Of a stretch of 27,414 nt of DNA, positions 7,824-17,043 are shown in pieces. The notes below the pieces were generated by a model. It made no database searches and was not told the DNA's origin. It was given only the letters and a program-made list of their open reading frames with translations. Position 1 is the first letter of the stretch. Every line of letters begins with the position of its first letter. Location: the IMG/VR virus record IMGVR_UViG_3300048854_000035, positions 1-27,414 of that record. One strand, given 5' to 3'. Origin of the DNA: a virus. Lineage: Duplodnaviria > Caudoviricetes. A program made the translations under genes and the position numbers.

Positions 7824-9125
7824 ATGGACGAGATGGTAATGGACACCGCCGAGATCGAAGCGCCGGAAACAGGTGCAGAGGAAGTCGAACAGCCAGACAC
7901 CGACGTCGAGAGTGAGGTTGAGCAGCCCGATGAAGAGGTAGAGGGCGAAGAGACTGAAGGCGACGAACCCTCCGAAGACGAAGAAGAGGCCGAAGCCAAA
8001 GAGGGTGAGCAGACTCAGCCTGACGGCCGCAAGATGCCGGATGGGCTCAAAAAGGCAATCGCAAGCCTCAAAGCTACGAGCCCTGAGGTAGCCAAGCAAA
8101 TCAAAGGGCTTTACTACTCGGATCAGGAGTACCGGTCTGCATTCCCCACGCCGATGGAAGCTCAGGCTGCGAAGGGGCTGATTGAGGAGATCGGCGGCCC
8201 TGAGGGTATTCAGGAGATCGCAGCCGAGCGCGAGGAGTGGCAGCAGATCGATCGCGACTTTGCGGAAGGTAAGGAAGACTTTGTAAAGACGTTGCGCGAG
8301 AATAATCCGGAAGCGTTCCTCAAGACCGCGCCGCACGTAATCAACGAGTTTGCCAAAGCTGCTCCTGAGCAGTATCAGTACTACTCCAACCGCCTGACGC
8401 TGAACACGATGGCGAACGCAGGCTTCAGCCTTCAGAATCTCCGCACAGCTTATGAGGCGCGCAAAGAGTCGGACCCAGGCGCCGCCGCCGTCATCGCCGA
8501 GATCTACAACTCGATGTACGACATGAACCAGAAGGCAGCCGAGTTCGAGCAGAAGCGCACGGACCCGCGGGAAGAGCAGTTGAAGCAGGATCGTGAGAAG
8601 TTCGAGACAGAGCGGCGCGCCACCTTCGAGACTGGCGTAGCCGAGAAGGCTGAAAGGTTCCTGGCAGACAAGATGAAGCCGGAGCTGGATCGCATCATTG
8701 GCAACCGGAAGGTCGATCCGGAGGCGATGAAAGAGTTTCAGAGCATGGTGCAGCGCAAGGTTGGCGAATTGCTGGCTGCTGTACCCGGGATTGAGGACAA
8801 GCTGGAAGCTTATTACCGCTCCGGTGACGCGGCAAAGTCTGTGGCTTACATCCAGGGACAGTATCAGAGACTTCTCCCGCAGGCAGCCAAGACTATTGAG
8901 CCTTTCCTTCGCAACATCGCGCCGGCGGCAGGACAGAAGACTCCCGCGAAGCAGGGAACTGTAGCTAAAGCTCAGCCGAGCGAGGCCGGAACAATCAAGC
9001 TGAAGGAGATGCCGGATTGGCATGAGCTTGATCCCACATGGAGCTCGACCATTGAGGCTACTGCGATGCTCATGGAAGGTAAAGCCAAACTGAAGAATGG
9101 CCGCTGGGCCACTGGCTGGGCCTAG
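7824..9125 (+). CDS. Capsid scaffolding-like protein
   Basis: AAGGAG SD; very acidic disordered N-terminus, then long helical/coiled-coil region; between portal and capsid; no cysteines. Confidence 0.75.
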   Translation: MDEMVMDTAEIEAPETGAEEVEQPDTDVESEVEQPDEEVEGEETEGDEPSEDEEEAEAKEGEQTQPDGRKMPDGLKKAIASLKATSPEVAKQIKGLYYSDQEYRSAFPTPMEAQAAKGLIEEIGGPEGIQEIAAEREEWQQIDRDFAEGKEDFVKTLRENNPEAFLKTAPHVINEFAKAAPEQYQYYSNRLTLNTMANAGFSLQNLRTAYEARKESDPGAAAVIAEIYNSMYDMNQKAAEFEQKRTDPREEQLKQDREKFETERRATFETGVAEKAERFLADKMKPELDRIIGNRKVDPEAMKEFQSMVQRKVGELLAAVPGIEDKLEAYYRSGDAAKSVAYIQGQYQRLLPQAAKTIEPFLRNIAPAAGQKTPAKQGTVAKAQPSEAGTIKLKEMPDWHELDPTWSSTIEATAMLMEGKAKLKNGRWATGWA

Positions 9126-9147
9126 CGATCGCGATCATTCTCTAAGT

Positions 9148-9427
9148 TTGCAGTGGCAGCACGAGTAAGAGACGGTAGCCGATCGCACCAACTCCGAATG
9201 CAACTAACGAGGCCGAAAGCCATCACCACTGCAATTCAAGTTTCGTCAACTGCATAGCGACTGTGGGGGCGTAAACCCATGCCTTCTGGCGAAAACGTTT
9301 GTCGCGCCGCAGTGACACCGTACCACCCGCAATAAAAATCATCCGCTGCAAGGTCTTACACAGCACTACCCGGGCTGCGCCTTAGGGCGAAAGGGGTGAC
9401 CAGCAAGCACACCAACAGGTGTTTGTT
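9148..9427 (+). ncRNA. Putative structured RNA / capsid mRNA leader (family unknown)
   Basis: Largest non-coding gap in the window (9126-9427). Stems TTGCAGTGG/CCACTGCAA (9148-9156/9226-9234), ACTGC+GCGAC/GTCGC+GCAGT (9249-9313), TACCC/GGGTG (9367-9398), AGCAAGCAC/GTGTTTGTT (9402-9427). Confidence 0.5.
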
Positions 9428-10702
9428 ATGGCTGCTTCGAATACAAGTAATGTCATTGGCCTTCAAAAAGAGAAGGTCCTTGGCAATCTCCCTAAGTTGT
9501 TCCTCTCTGGTGAAGACAAAGTAATCACCATGATCATGAGGAACGGTGGGCTTGGATCAGTTCCTGTTTCCAAGCGTTCTCTCCGCATCCCGCTCCAGAT
9601 CGCTCCCGGTGGCAAGGGTCGCCTCGCCAATTTTGATGGCGGCACTCTCGGTCGCGGTGGTTCGATCAACACCGTGCCTGGCTTCGTTTCGACCAAGGGC
9701 TTCCTCTGGGCTCTCGAGTCGACGACCGAAGCTTACTGGGGCACCAATACCGGTGAGAAGTCGGTAGCCTCCCTAACCTCCCTTGAGCAGTCGCAGCAGA
9801 TGGAGAACTTCAAGCAATTCTTGGATGCTCTCTTCTTCTCGCCCTCCGGCACGCTCGGTGTGATCTCGGCCATCGCTGGCTCGGTGCTCACCGTCGCCAA
9901 TGCGAACAACTTCTACATCGGTCAGGACGTTCTTTTCTACGCCTCGCTCGGTGGCGCAGTTCGCTCCGCAACTCCCTCCACTGTGGCCGCAGTCGACGCC
10001 AACAACAAGCAGATCACTCTGGTTGCCGCACCTCCCGCTGGCACCGTAGTGGGCGACCTTGTTATGGTGGACGGCTCCCCTGGCACCGCTGGTTCCTCGC
10101 TCTCTTCGCTGTATGACTACCACGTCTCGGCGAACACAGGAACCGTTCTCACCCTGAATCGCGCCACCTATCCTGGTCAGCTCAACATCTCTGCTATTGC
10201 CGGCAGCGGTGCTCTGACCCCAGTCATGGTCCGTGCGATCCTTCAGCTGTCGATTCGCAAGATCGGCACGAAGAACAAGGAGCTGCTGAATTCCCTCAAG
10301 TTCATTGTGGGTGTTGAGCAGGCAGCGGGCTGGGAAGCTGCGGGCGTGACGATCTCTCAGATCTTCCGTCCTCAGAGCGGTCAGGGGCTCAAGACCTTCG
10401 ACGGTCTGCCTGCAACCACCCCAGACACGATGGCTGGTCGTGAGTTGATCACTCAGCTCCACGGCGATCCTACCCGGGTAGATTCCATGCTCATGAAGAA
10501 CTGGGGCATGGCAACTACGAAGGAACTGGGACCGTACTCACCTCCCGGATCGTCCCAGACCGTCTTCCCGGTCATCTCCACTACAGATGGTTCGGTTGTC
10601 GCCTCGAACCTGAAGTATTGGGCTCTGGAAGCGGACGTGTTCTGTATCAACCCGGCTCAAGAGAGCGCGATCACGGCTCTTTCGATTCCGGCCAACCTGT
10701 AA
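9428..10702 (+). CDS. Major capsid protein (HK97 fold, with insertion domain)
   Basis: 424 aa after the scaffold; strongly biased codon usage; followed by a stable hairpin; C-terminal FCINPAQESAITAL pattern; beta-rich insertion at 9848-10069. Confidence 0.85.
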   Translation: MAASNTSNVIGLQKEKVLGNLPKLFLSGEDKVITMIMRNGGLGSVPVSKRSLRIPLQIAPGGKGRLANFDGGTLGRGGSINTVPGFVSTKGFLWALESTTEAYWGTNTGEKSVASLTSLEQSQQMENFKQFLDALFFSPSGTLGVISAIAGSVLTVANANNFYIGQDVLFYASLGGAVRSATPSTVAAVDANNKQITLVAAPPAGTVVGDLVMVDGSPGTAGSSLSSLYDYHVSANTGTVLTLNRATYPGQLNISAIAGSGALTPVMVRAILQLSIRKIGTKNKELLNSLKFIVGVEQAAGWEAAGVTISQIFRPQSGQGLKTFDGLPATTPDTMAGRELITQLHGDPTRVDSMLMKNWGMATTKELGPYSPPGSSQTVFPVISTTDGSVVASNLKYWALEADVFCINPAQESAITALSIPANL

Positions 10703-10706
10703 ACCT

Positions 10707-10739
10707 TTGGGGTCGGCTTCGGCTGGCCCCAACCCTTTT
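10707..10739 (+). terminator. Intrinsic terminator-like or stabilising hairpin after the capsid gene
   Basis: TTGGGGTCGGC-TTCG-GCTGGCCCCAA (11 bp with two G-U pairs, C-UUCG-G loop), then CCCTTTT. The weak U-tract suggests read-through. Confidence 0.75.
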
Positions 10740-10749
10740 CAAGGACATT

Positions 10750-11370
10750 ATGAAACTGCGTGATGGAAAGTCCACTCCAGAGTTCGTCGAAAAGATGCTT
10801 TCCGTCTTCGGCAACAACCCCCATGGGGATCCGAACTACCGCCTGATTTGGTCAGAGCGCAAGATGATTTACTTCGCAGGAGAAATCGCTCCTGAGTATC
10901 TGTACTTAGACCCTTGCTGGCTGTTTGAGATGTGGCTACCTGCAATCAAGGCGGCTGGTCCGGAATCGAATTGGAACTCAACTATGGAGTTTCTGAATGG
11001 CGAATATCCCCGTTCGGGTATCCATTTCTATGTGAAACATTACCCATCCGACTGGGAACCTTCAGAAGAAAACATCCGGCTTCTGGCGCATGGCATTGAA
11101 ATGTCAAAACACCTGCCCTATGAGCAGCGCGTACAGGCTCTACGCGAGAATCTTGCCGCGAAGGAGCGCGCAAGCGTTTTGAAGGTGGCTGGAGAGATTG
11201 AAGAGTTGTTCGACTCAGCTGCACAAGGCCGGATCCAGCAACCCGTTAGTGGAAAGAAGAACAACTTCCGCACGCCAGAAGATTTCGAGCGCGATCAAGA
11301 GCGCATTGGCCGCGTCTCGCACAAGGAATATGCCAAGTTGCCGAAGGCAGGAGGAAAGCTAATCCGATGA
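10750..11370 (+). CDS. Hypothetical protein, 206 aa
   Basis: ATG 10750 after AAGGA. The track start at 10618 lies inside the capsid gene and is unlikely. Confidence 0.75.
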   Translation: MKLRDGKSTPEFVEKMLSVFGNNPHGDPNYRLIWSERKMIYFAGEIAPEYLYLDPCWLFEMWLPAIKAAGPESNWNSTMEFLNGEYPRSGIHFYVKHYPSDWEPSEENIRLLAHGIEMSKHLPYEQRVQALRENLAAKERASVLKVAGEIEELFDSAAQGRIQQPVSGKKNNFRTPEDFERDQERIGRVSHKEYAKLPKAGGKLIR

Positions 11371-12428
11371 AATTAAAAAGTCTTTTGGTGTTGGCTTTTC
11401 CCGTCGCCGTCGTGGCAGGCGCCGCATACGCGCAGAGCTATTTCAATGCGCCTCCGCTGATCGGGCTGATCTCGGCTAGTGGGAGCTCGCCTTATAGTTC
11501 TCTTGCGACGACAGGGACGGCGGGTCCAAGCTATGACAACGCGCAGGCTATGCTCCTGCTCGGTCTTGGTGCCGATGGAAAGTATCACGTCTGCGGAACT
11601 GCCAACCCTTGCACAGGTGGAGGCGGTGGAGGAGGAGGTGGAGCGACGATTCCGAGCACCACGAACCTCATCTCTGGTGACGGAGCCGGGAATGGAGCTG
11701 ACTCAGGCATCGTCCCGGGCAACGTCGGGCTGCTGTCAGGGACGCAGACCTTTACTGGGGCCAAGACGTTCAACAACGCCAAAATTGCTACCACAGCGGT
11801 TACCGGGTTCACGACTCCTTCGTTTCTTATCACCGATTCTGAAGTGGCGCAGTCGGGCATGGTGGGGCAGTCGATTTTGGCTCCAAACCAAGCAGTGACG
11901 AACACCCTTTACACGATCTTTGGACATGACGGAACGGTTACTAGAAATTCCGGCTATCTCGGGTTCAACTATCAGGGTACGGGATCGACGGCCAACGCGG
12001 TCTTCCTTGGACTGACCGGAGTTGGCCCGAACATGACTCTCTTTGGAGACGGAGATGTCGGCGTAGGATCGGCTGACAACGGATTCAAGATGGAGGTTGC
12101 CGGAAGCTTCCGCGCAACTACGGTTAGCACAACGACAAACTGTTCTTCTACGGCTGCTCCAGCAGTCTGCGCAGCAGCAGCGGGCGGGTCTGTAGTTGTG
12201 GCAGCGGCTGCGACTACGGTTGTGGTCAACACAACGGCAGTGACAGCCAACTCCCAAATTCTTCTCACTTCCGATGTTTCGCTAGGAACCAAGCTCGGCG
12301 TTACATGTAATGTTGCCCCCGCGCAGGAGTGGGTATCGGCGAGGACGGCGGGGACTTCGTTTACGATCACCGTCGCAGCAGCGCCCACGACAAATCCGCA
12401 ATGCCTTAGCTACATGATCACCAATTAG
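11367..12428 (+). CDS. Fibre-like protein (head or tail fibre) with Sec signal peptide
   Basis: MKLKSLLVLAFPVAVVAGAAYA|Q signal; Gly9 hinge; fibre repeat LSGTQTFTGAKTF; GDVGVG...KMEVAGS; tip-like VVVNTTAVTANSQILLT...ARTAGTSFTI; 6 Cys. Confidence 0.75.
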   Translation: MKLKSLLVLAFPVAVVAGAAYAQSYFNAPPLIGLISASGSSPYSSLATTGTAGPSYDNAQAMLLLGLGADGKYHVCGTANPCTGGGGGGGGGATIPSTTNLISGDGAGNGADSGIVPGNVGLLSGTQTFTGAKTFNNAKIATTAVTGFTTPSFLITDSEVAQSGMVGQSILAPNQAVTNTLYTIFGHDGTVTRNSGYLGFNYQGTGSTANAVFLGLTGVGPNMTLFGDGDVGVGSADNGFKMEVAGSFRATTVSTTTNCSSTAAPAVCAAAAGGSVVVAAAATTVVVNTTAVTANSQILLTSDVSLGTKLGVTCNVAPAQEWVSARTAGTSFTITVAAAPTTNPQCLSYMITN

Positions 12429-12436
12429 GAGACGAA

Positions 12437-13123
12437 ATGTTGACACACGAAGAGTATATGCAGCGTGGAAAGGTTGAGCGTGGCAACGTCTCGATCGAAA
12501 GATTGGATCCGCGGCTGCTTACTGGCAAGCCAACGTACCTCTTCAATATTTACTCGAACGAGTACACGGTAAATCTCGGAACTTGCGGGATTTGGTACAT
12601 TCCGGCCTGCCCTGAAGGCAAACCGTTCGAGCGCGCACCTCAAGCCGTTCCGGGGACATTCGAAGACATCTATCCCCACTTTGGAGAGAACGAAGTCTAT
12701 CGTTCGCGTGCGATTCCCGGAGAAGATATCGTGCAGGCGATTCTAGGCACGGATCGTCCTCAGGAGAACATTACCCGCTGGGGAGTCTTTTCTTCGCATA
12801 ACGAAGAACCGACAAAGGCCGAGATCAATGCGGCCAAGCAAAAGCTCATCCCTCAACTTCAGCAGGTATTGGCGAAGACGGATCAATACTTTGCGTCGGC
12901 GCATGCCCATGAGCGGCAGAGTGTCTACGACGACAAGAATTTTCGCGCAGCGCGCTTCCTGAACGTGAAGAAGCCCTGGTTGAGCGAAGCCAACGAGATG
13001 ACGGTATGCCCGTTCTGCACTATCGCAGTGAGCCCGACGGCGAGCATCTGCCATGGTTGTCATCAAGTTATAAATCAGGTGCAGTTCGACGCGATGAAGG
13101 CACAAGTCTCGGGAGCGAAATAA
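12437..13123 (+). CDS. Hypothetical protein with C-terminal zinc ribbon
   Basis: AGGAG SD; CPFC-x10-CHGC near the C-terminus. Confidence 0.8.
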   Translation: MLTHEEYMQRGKVERGNVSIERLDPRLLTGKPTYLFNIYSNEYTVNLGTCGIWYIPACPEGKPFERAPQAVPGTFEDIYPHFGENEVYRSRAIPGEDIVQAILGTDRPQENITRWGVFSSHNEEPTKAEINAAKQKLIPQLQQVLAKTDQYFASAHAHERQSVYDDKNFRAARFLNVKKPWLSEANEMTVCPFCTIAVSPTASICHGCHQVINQVQFDAMKAQVSGAK

Positions 13124-13948
13124 GTGCCGATCGTCGACCCGGGCGAACAATCTCCAGTCTTTTACTCCTCAGATGAAATTCTGGAGTATGCCCGGTTTCT
13201 GATTAACGACATGCAGGGGGGAACCACCGGCCAGATCCTCAGAGATGATGATCCGCGTACATGGGTGGTTCTCAACTTCTGCTATGGACGTCTCGCGAAC
13301 TGGCTTGAGGACAACAATGTTGAGTCGGCGATGTATGCCGAAGCGGTTATTGGTCTACCGGCTAGCGCTTCTTATACCGACCCATCCTCTCAGTCTCGAC
13401 TGGGGTATGACGGTTTTGTAGACGCGGCAGGGAACTACTACCAGCCCTCCCCCGCACTTCCGAGTATGCTTCTTGAGCCATTGCAGATGTGGCAGAGGCG
13501 CACCAATGTGGTTGAGCCGTTCTACCCCATGAATCAAAGGCTCGGAGGTCTGGGTTCGACTTACAACTACGGGTGGAATGGTGGCACTTACGGCAGCATC
13601 TATGGAGATTGGGAGTATCGGGAAAACTCAATCTATCTTTTGGGAGGCGCTTACCAGCCCACTGAGATTCGGCTGAGATACATCCCTTCGCTGGCGAAGT
13701 TGGCCATGCCTACGGATCAGCAGACGAAGCCTCCTATCATCTGGTTTGCGAAGGCTGGCGAATGTCTGTCTCTATGGATTGCCTATCACGACGTTAAGTC
13801 GCGCATGGGCGCCAACGCCGCTGCTGGGTTGAAGGTGGATCTCGACGAAGAGAAGAACATTTTGGCCAACCGTTCAGCGAAGCGTGAAAACCGAACGCAG
13901 ACGAGACGTCAGGGGTATGGATTTGCGAGGCGTAGGCGTTGCCGGTAG
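13124..13948 (+). CDS. Head-to-tail adaptor-like protein (P22 gp4 / T7 gp11 position)
   Basis: N-terminal helices (EILEYARFLIND...LNFCYGRL), beta middle (ALPSMLLEPLQMW...IRLRYIP), C-terminal helices; immediately before the nozzle gene. Confidence 0.65.
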   Translation: MPIVDPGEQSPVFYSSDEILEYARFLINDMQGGTTGQILRDDDPRTWVVLNFCYGRLANWLEDNNVESAMYAEAVIGLPASASYTDPSSQSRLGYDGFVDAAGNYYQPSPALPSMLLEPLQMWQRRTNVVEPFYPMNQRLGGLGSTYNYGWNGGTYGSIYGDWEYRENSIYLLGGAYQPTEIRLRYIPSLAKLAMPTDQQTKPPIIWFAKAGECLSLWIAYHDVKSRMGANAAAGLKVDLDEEKNILANRSAKRENRTQTRRQGYGFARRRRCR

Positions 13949-16900
13949 ACAAGATCTCTACAGCGACCTTCTCTAAGTTCCTGGGGCTGCGGACGGATAC
14001 GCCGGCCGAGAAGTGCCCTCCGGATTATTCGCCGGACTGCTCTGACATGATCTTTTCTGTCAACGGCATGAGTTCGCGTCCGCCATTCTTGAAGCAGTTG
14101 GTCATGCCTGCAGAGATTGTCTGGCGGGAAGATTTCCTTGCCAAAGACGGGACGACTCAAGTTTTAGCACTTGATATCAATGGAGTGCTCTATGCGGCCC
14201 AGAGTGGTTCGCCCTTCGTTCCCATTGACAAAGTAGCACCAGGCAGCAAATGCAACTCGGTCACCGCCTATGGGCGCGAGTATATGGCCTTCTTCAACGA
14301 TCAAGGCGGATGCGATGCACCGCGACAGTGGGACGGCCAGAATATGTACCGCGTCTCTCAGGGCGGCCCGGGCTCGGCTCCTAGCTTTACTCCCGTCCTG
14401 ATCGCGGGAGACTCGTACGACATCACCTCGATCACCCAGCTGGATCCCGGATTCCCGGGCCAGCTTGGCTTCTTCGATGGCATTGAGCTTTCAGCTGGTC
14501 CCGGATCGAACGCACCCGGGAATGTGGTTACCGTTTACACGGCCAATGCGCGGGCCGGTCATTTCCCCGGTGGAGATCCGGTTCTAACCAACCTCTTCAA
14601 CTCCGGCGTAGCGGTCAATGTTCTGGTGAGTAATCTTCCAGCCCAGTTCGCGCAATACAACGGTGTGCACCTAGTCACGTCTATAGGTTTGGGTGTCCCG
14701 AACTTTGCGGGAGCCTCTGCTGAGCGCTGGTACTTTACCTTCATCGTAGAAGAGTCGGGATCTCAGAACCGAGGCGGATCTGACGCTGCCATCTCGGGAC
14801 AGTATCAGATCACGCAGGCGACGATCACCTTCGCAACTTCGGTCCCTGGACTCATCGTTGGGAGTTTGATCCCGGTCAGCGGGACAAGTGTCTCGGGATA
14901 CAACAACTCCTGGCCGATCACGCAGGCCTTGAATTCAGGCGAGCTCGACATCACGCAAACATCGCTTACCGGTGGAGTGGGAACTTACGACTATGTGGTT
15001 CTTTCGGGTGTACCGCCAGTGGCGGGGCAGTCGATCGATATCGATGGCACCCTGAATGCGAATGGAGCGATGGATGGCGACGACCGCATCATTGCTACAG
15101 CTACGGGTGGAAATTCAGGCTCCTTTACGATCACCGGTTTTGATCCCTCGGTGACCTTTCCTGCTACGGCAGAGGATGCCACAGGGATTACGGCAGGTTC
15201 GCAGTTTGTCTTCGATCCATCCGCGATCTATGGCGACTCAACTGGTGGACACATCACCTTTGCTGGGAATGCAGCGTCAATGTCTCCCGGTACTTACTTA
15301 GCTTTCCCATATTTCATCACCAAGACAGGCCTGACTACGCAGGCTGGACCAATCGTCAAGTTCACGATCCCGGCGAATACCAGCGCGATCAACTTCCAGA
15401 ATCTCGTCGTTGGTCCGGCGAACGTTGTAGCTAGAGGTATTGCCTTCACCGGCGCCAATGGTGGGCGCTATTTTACGATGCCGATTGTCCCGCGCATCAA
15501 CGGAGAGATTCTTGGCACGGCTACCGTTATTTACGACAACGTCACGACTTCGGGCACGCTGAATTTTACCAACGACGCCATTCTTAGTGGGATCGCGGTC
15601 GACGTCCCCGGAAACAACCTTATCCAGCAGATCGCATTGAACCTTCCCCGCGGCGTGAACTGGTATGGCGACCGCATGCTTTGGATGGGCGAGGCAAATA
15701 CCGTCCTCGGCTTCCTGAATATGGGCATGGACGGCGGAACGAACCCGGGGAGTCCTTTTCCCGCTGGTTGGTCCGCAGTCGGTGGTCTGACGGTCCAACA
15801 GATGGGTATCATGCCAGTTCTTTCGGGCAGCGGAACGATCTCCCAGAACGCGGCGCAGACCGCGGTAGGTGTGGCCATCCTTGCCCCGAATCAGCGGTAT
15901 GCCCTGCGCGCATGGCTTCAAAATGGCGTCGTTTCGGCATCTTTATCCTCAGCTTCTACAGGTTTTTCTACAACACTTACCCTGATCGGTTCCGGCTACC
16001 TGACGGCGAACTTTGGCCTGAAGGTTCCGGCCATCGTTCCCGATGACATGACGCTCAGCATTACGTTGAGCGGTGCGACGGCGCGAGACTTTCAAATGAT
16101 CTATGCCGACAATCCGGCTAGGAATCCTCTTGCGCGATGGTCCTATGTGCAGAACCCTGAGGCTTACGACGCCCTAACCGGAAACGGCGGCCCGAATGAT
16201 GATGCGACTGAACTAAGGGCTACGGCGAAGCTACAAGAGTCCATCTATTTCATTACCCAGAGAGGACCGTACTCGGTTCAGCAGATTGGGACCACCGAGC
16301 CGTCTTCATGGGTATTCAGCAACATCGCGGAGAATTGCGGTGCGTTCGATGCCAACTCGACCGTATCCGGTAAGGGCTGGTTTGCCTGGGGTGGGCCAGA
16401 GGGATTTCACTGGTTCTCGGGTGGTATCCCGACGGAAATAAGTGCGGTGATCCTTCCAACGTGGCGTAGCTTCAGCGGATTGAGTTGCGTCTTCAACGAC
16501 TCTCTCTCTAAGAGAATTTACCTTGGGACCATCGATGCTCAAGGAAACAAAGGCATTCAGGTCTACGACTATCAGGAAGTCGCCCTTGGTGGATCGGGTA
16601 AGTGGTGCCCTTGGAACCGCCGCTTGAATTGGGCGACGAAGACCTCCATCGGTACAACGTTTACGATCGGTGCGGAATTCTACGGTTTGGGAAGCGGACC
16701 TGCGATCAGCGATGAAGATCTAGGTCTTATCGGAGGGTATTACACCTTCGGCGCTGTGGGCGTATCGATGTTCCGCAAGGCCTATAGCTACTTCGGCATC
16801 AGGATCAGCGGATCCGGCACATTCACTCCACTTCTTTATGGCACTCTCGCAAAACCACCAGTTGTCTTGCAGGCCCAGGACCTGGCTGCGGCGATCGATA

Positions 16901-17043
16901 CGGTTTTGGAATGGCCGTCGAATATTCAAGGCAGACAGCTCTTTCTGAAGGTAGGTCAACCAGGAATGCGCTACACCCTTGAGGAGGCGACGGTGATCTA
17001 TCAGGTCAACGATCCAAATGCACCAATTTCAGGTCAGAGATAA
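13939..17043 (+). CDS. Tail nozzle/stabilisation protein (P22 gp10 / T7 gp12-like) with inserted domains
   Basis: N-terminal FLGL...P...SPDCSDMIF...RP pattern; propeller-like repeats (YGDRMLW, ARWSYVQNPEAY, CGAFDANS, FAWGGPEG); C-terminal GRQLFLKV; synteny. Confidence 0.75.
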   Translation: MPVDKISTATFSKFLGLRTDTPAEKCPPDYSPDCSDMIFSVNGMSSRPPFLKQLVMPAEIVWREDFLAKDGTTQVLALDINGVLYAAQSGSPFVPIDKVAPGSKCNSVTAYGREYMAFFNDQGGCDAPRQWDGQNMYRVSQGGPGSAPSFTPVLIAGDSYDITSITQLDPGFPGQLGFFDGIELSAGPGSNAPGNVVTVYTANARAGHFPGGDPVLTNLFNSGVAVNVLVSNLPAQFAQYNGVHLVTSIGLGVPNFAGASAERWYFTFIVEESGSQNRGGSDAAISGQYQITQATITFATSVPGLIVGSLIPVSGTSVSGYNNSWPITQALNSGELDITQTSLTGGVGTYDYVVLSGVPPVAGQSIDIDGTLNANGAMDGDDRIIATATGGNSGSFTITGFDPSVTFPATAEDATGITAGSQFVFDPSAIYGDSTGGHITFAGNAASMSPGTYLAFPYFITKTGLTTQAGPIVKFTIPANTSAINFQNLVVGPANVVARGIAFTGANGGRYFTMPIVPRINGEILGTATVIYDNVTTSGTLNFTNDAILSGIAVDVPGNNLIQQIALNLPRGVNWYGDRMLWMGEANTVLGFLNMGMDGGTNPGSPFPAGWSAVGGLTVQQMGIMPVLSGSGTISQNAAQTAVGVAILAPNQRYALRAWLQNGVVSASLSSASTGFSTTLTLIGSGYLTANFGLKVPAIVPDDMTLSITLSGATARDFQMIYADNPARNPLARWSYVQNPEAYDALTGNGGPNDDATELRATAKLQESIYFITQRGPYSVQQIGTTEPSSWVFSNIAENCGAFDANSTVSGKGWFAWGGPEGFHWFSGGIPTEISAVILPTWRSFSGLSCVFNDSLSKRIYLGTIDAQGNKGIQVYDYQEVALGGSGKWCPWNRRLNWATKTSIGTTFTIGAEFYGLGSGPAISDEDLGLIGGYYTFGAVGVSMFRKAYSYFGIRISGSGTFTPLLYGTLAKPPVVLQAQDLAAAIDTVLEWPSNIQGRQLFLKVGQPGMRYTLEEATVIYQVNDPNAPISGQR

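Noticed and set aside
7782-9023. 413-aa minus-strand ORF
   Set aside because: Antisense shadow of the scaffold gene; Leu/Phe/Arg-rich composition is the mirror of Glu/Lys codons; no motif.
9160-9190. ACGGTAGCCG resembling the 3' part of a c-di-GMP-I riboswitch
   Set aside because: The upstream GGCAAA...GAAA...GACGCAAA elements are absent.
9204-9225. Hammerhead-like CTAACGAGGCCGAAAGCC
   Set aside because: Core is CUAACGA rather than CUGANGA and no GAAA follows the stem, so the catalytic core is incomplete.
9150-9233. tRNA-sized element with a 7-bp GCAGTGG/CCACTGC acceptor-like stem
   Set aside because: No U8, no D-loop GG, no TTCRA loop and no clear anticodon arm.
10618-10749. ORF-track N-terminal extension of the post-capsid gene (possible capsid frameshift fusion)
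   Set aside because: No slippery heptamer seen at the capsid 3' end, the extension crosses the hairpin, and ATG 10750 has its own SD.
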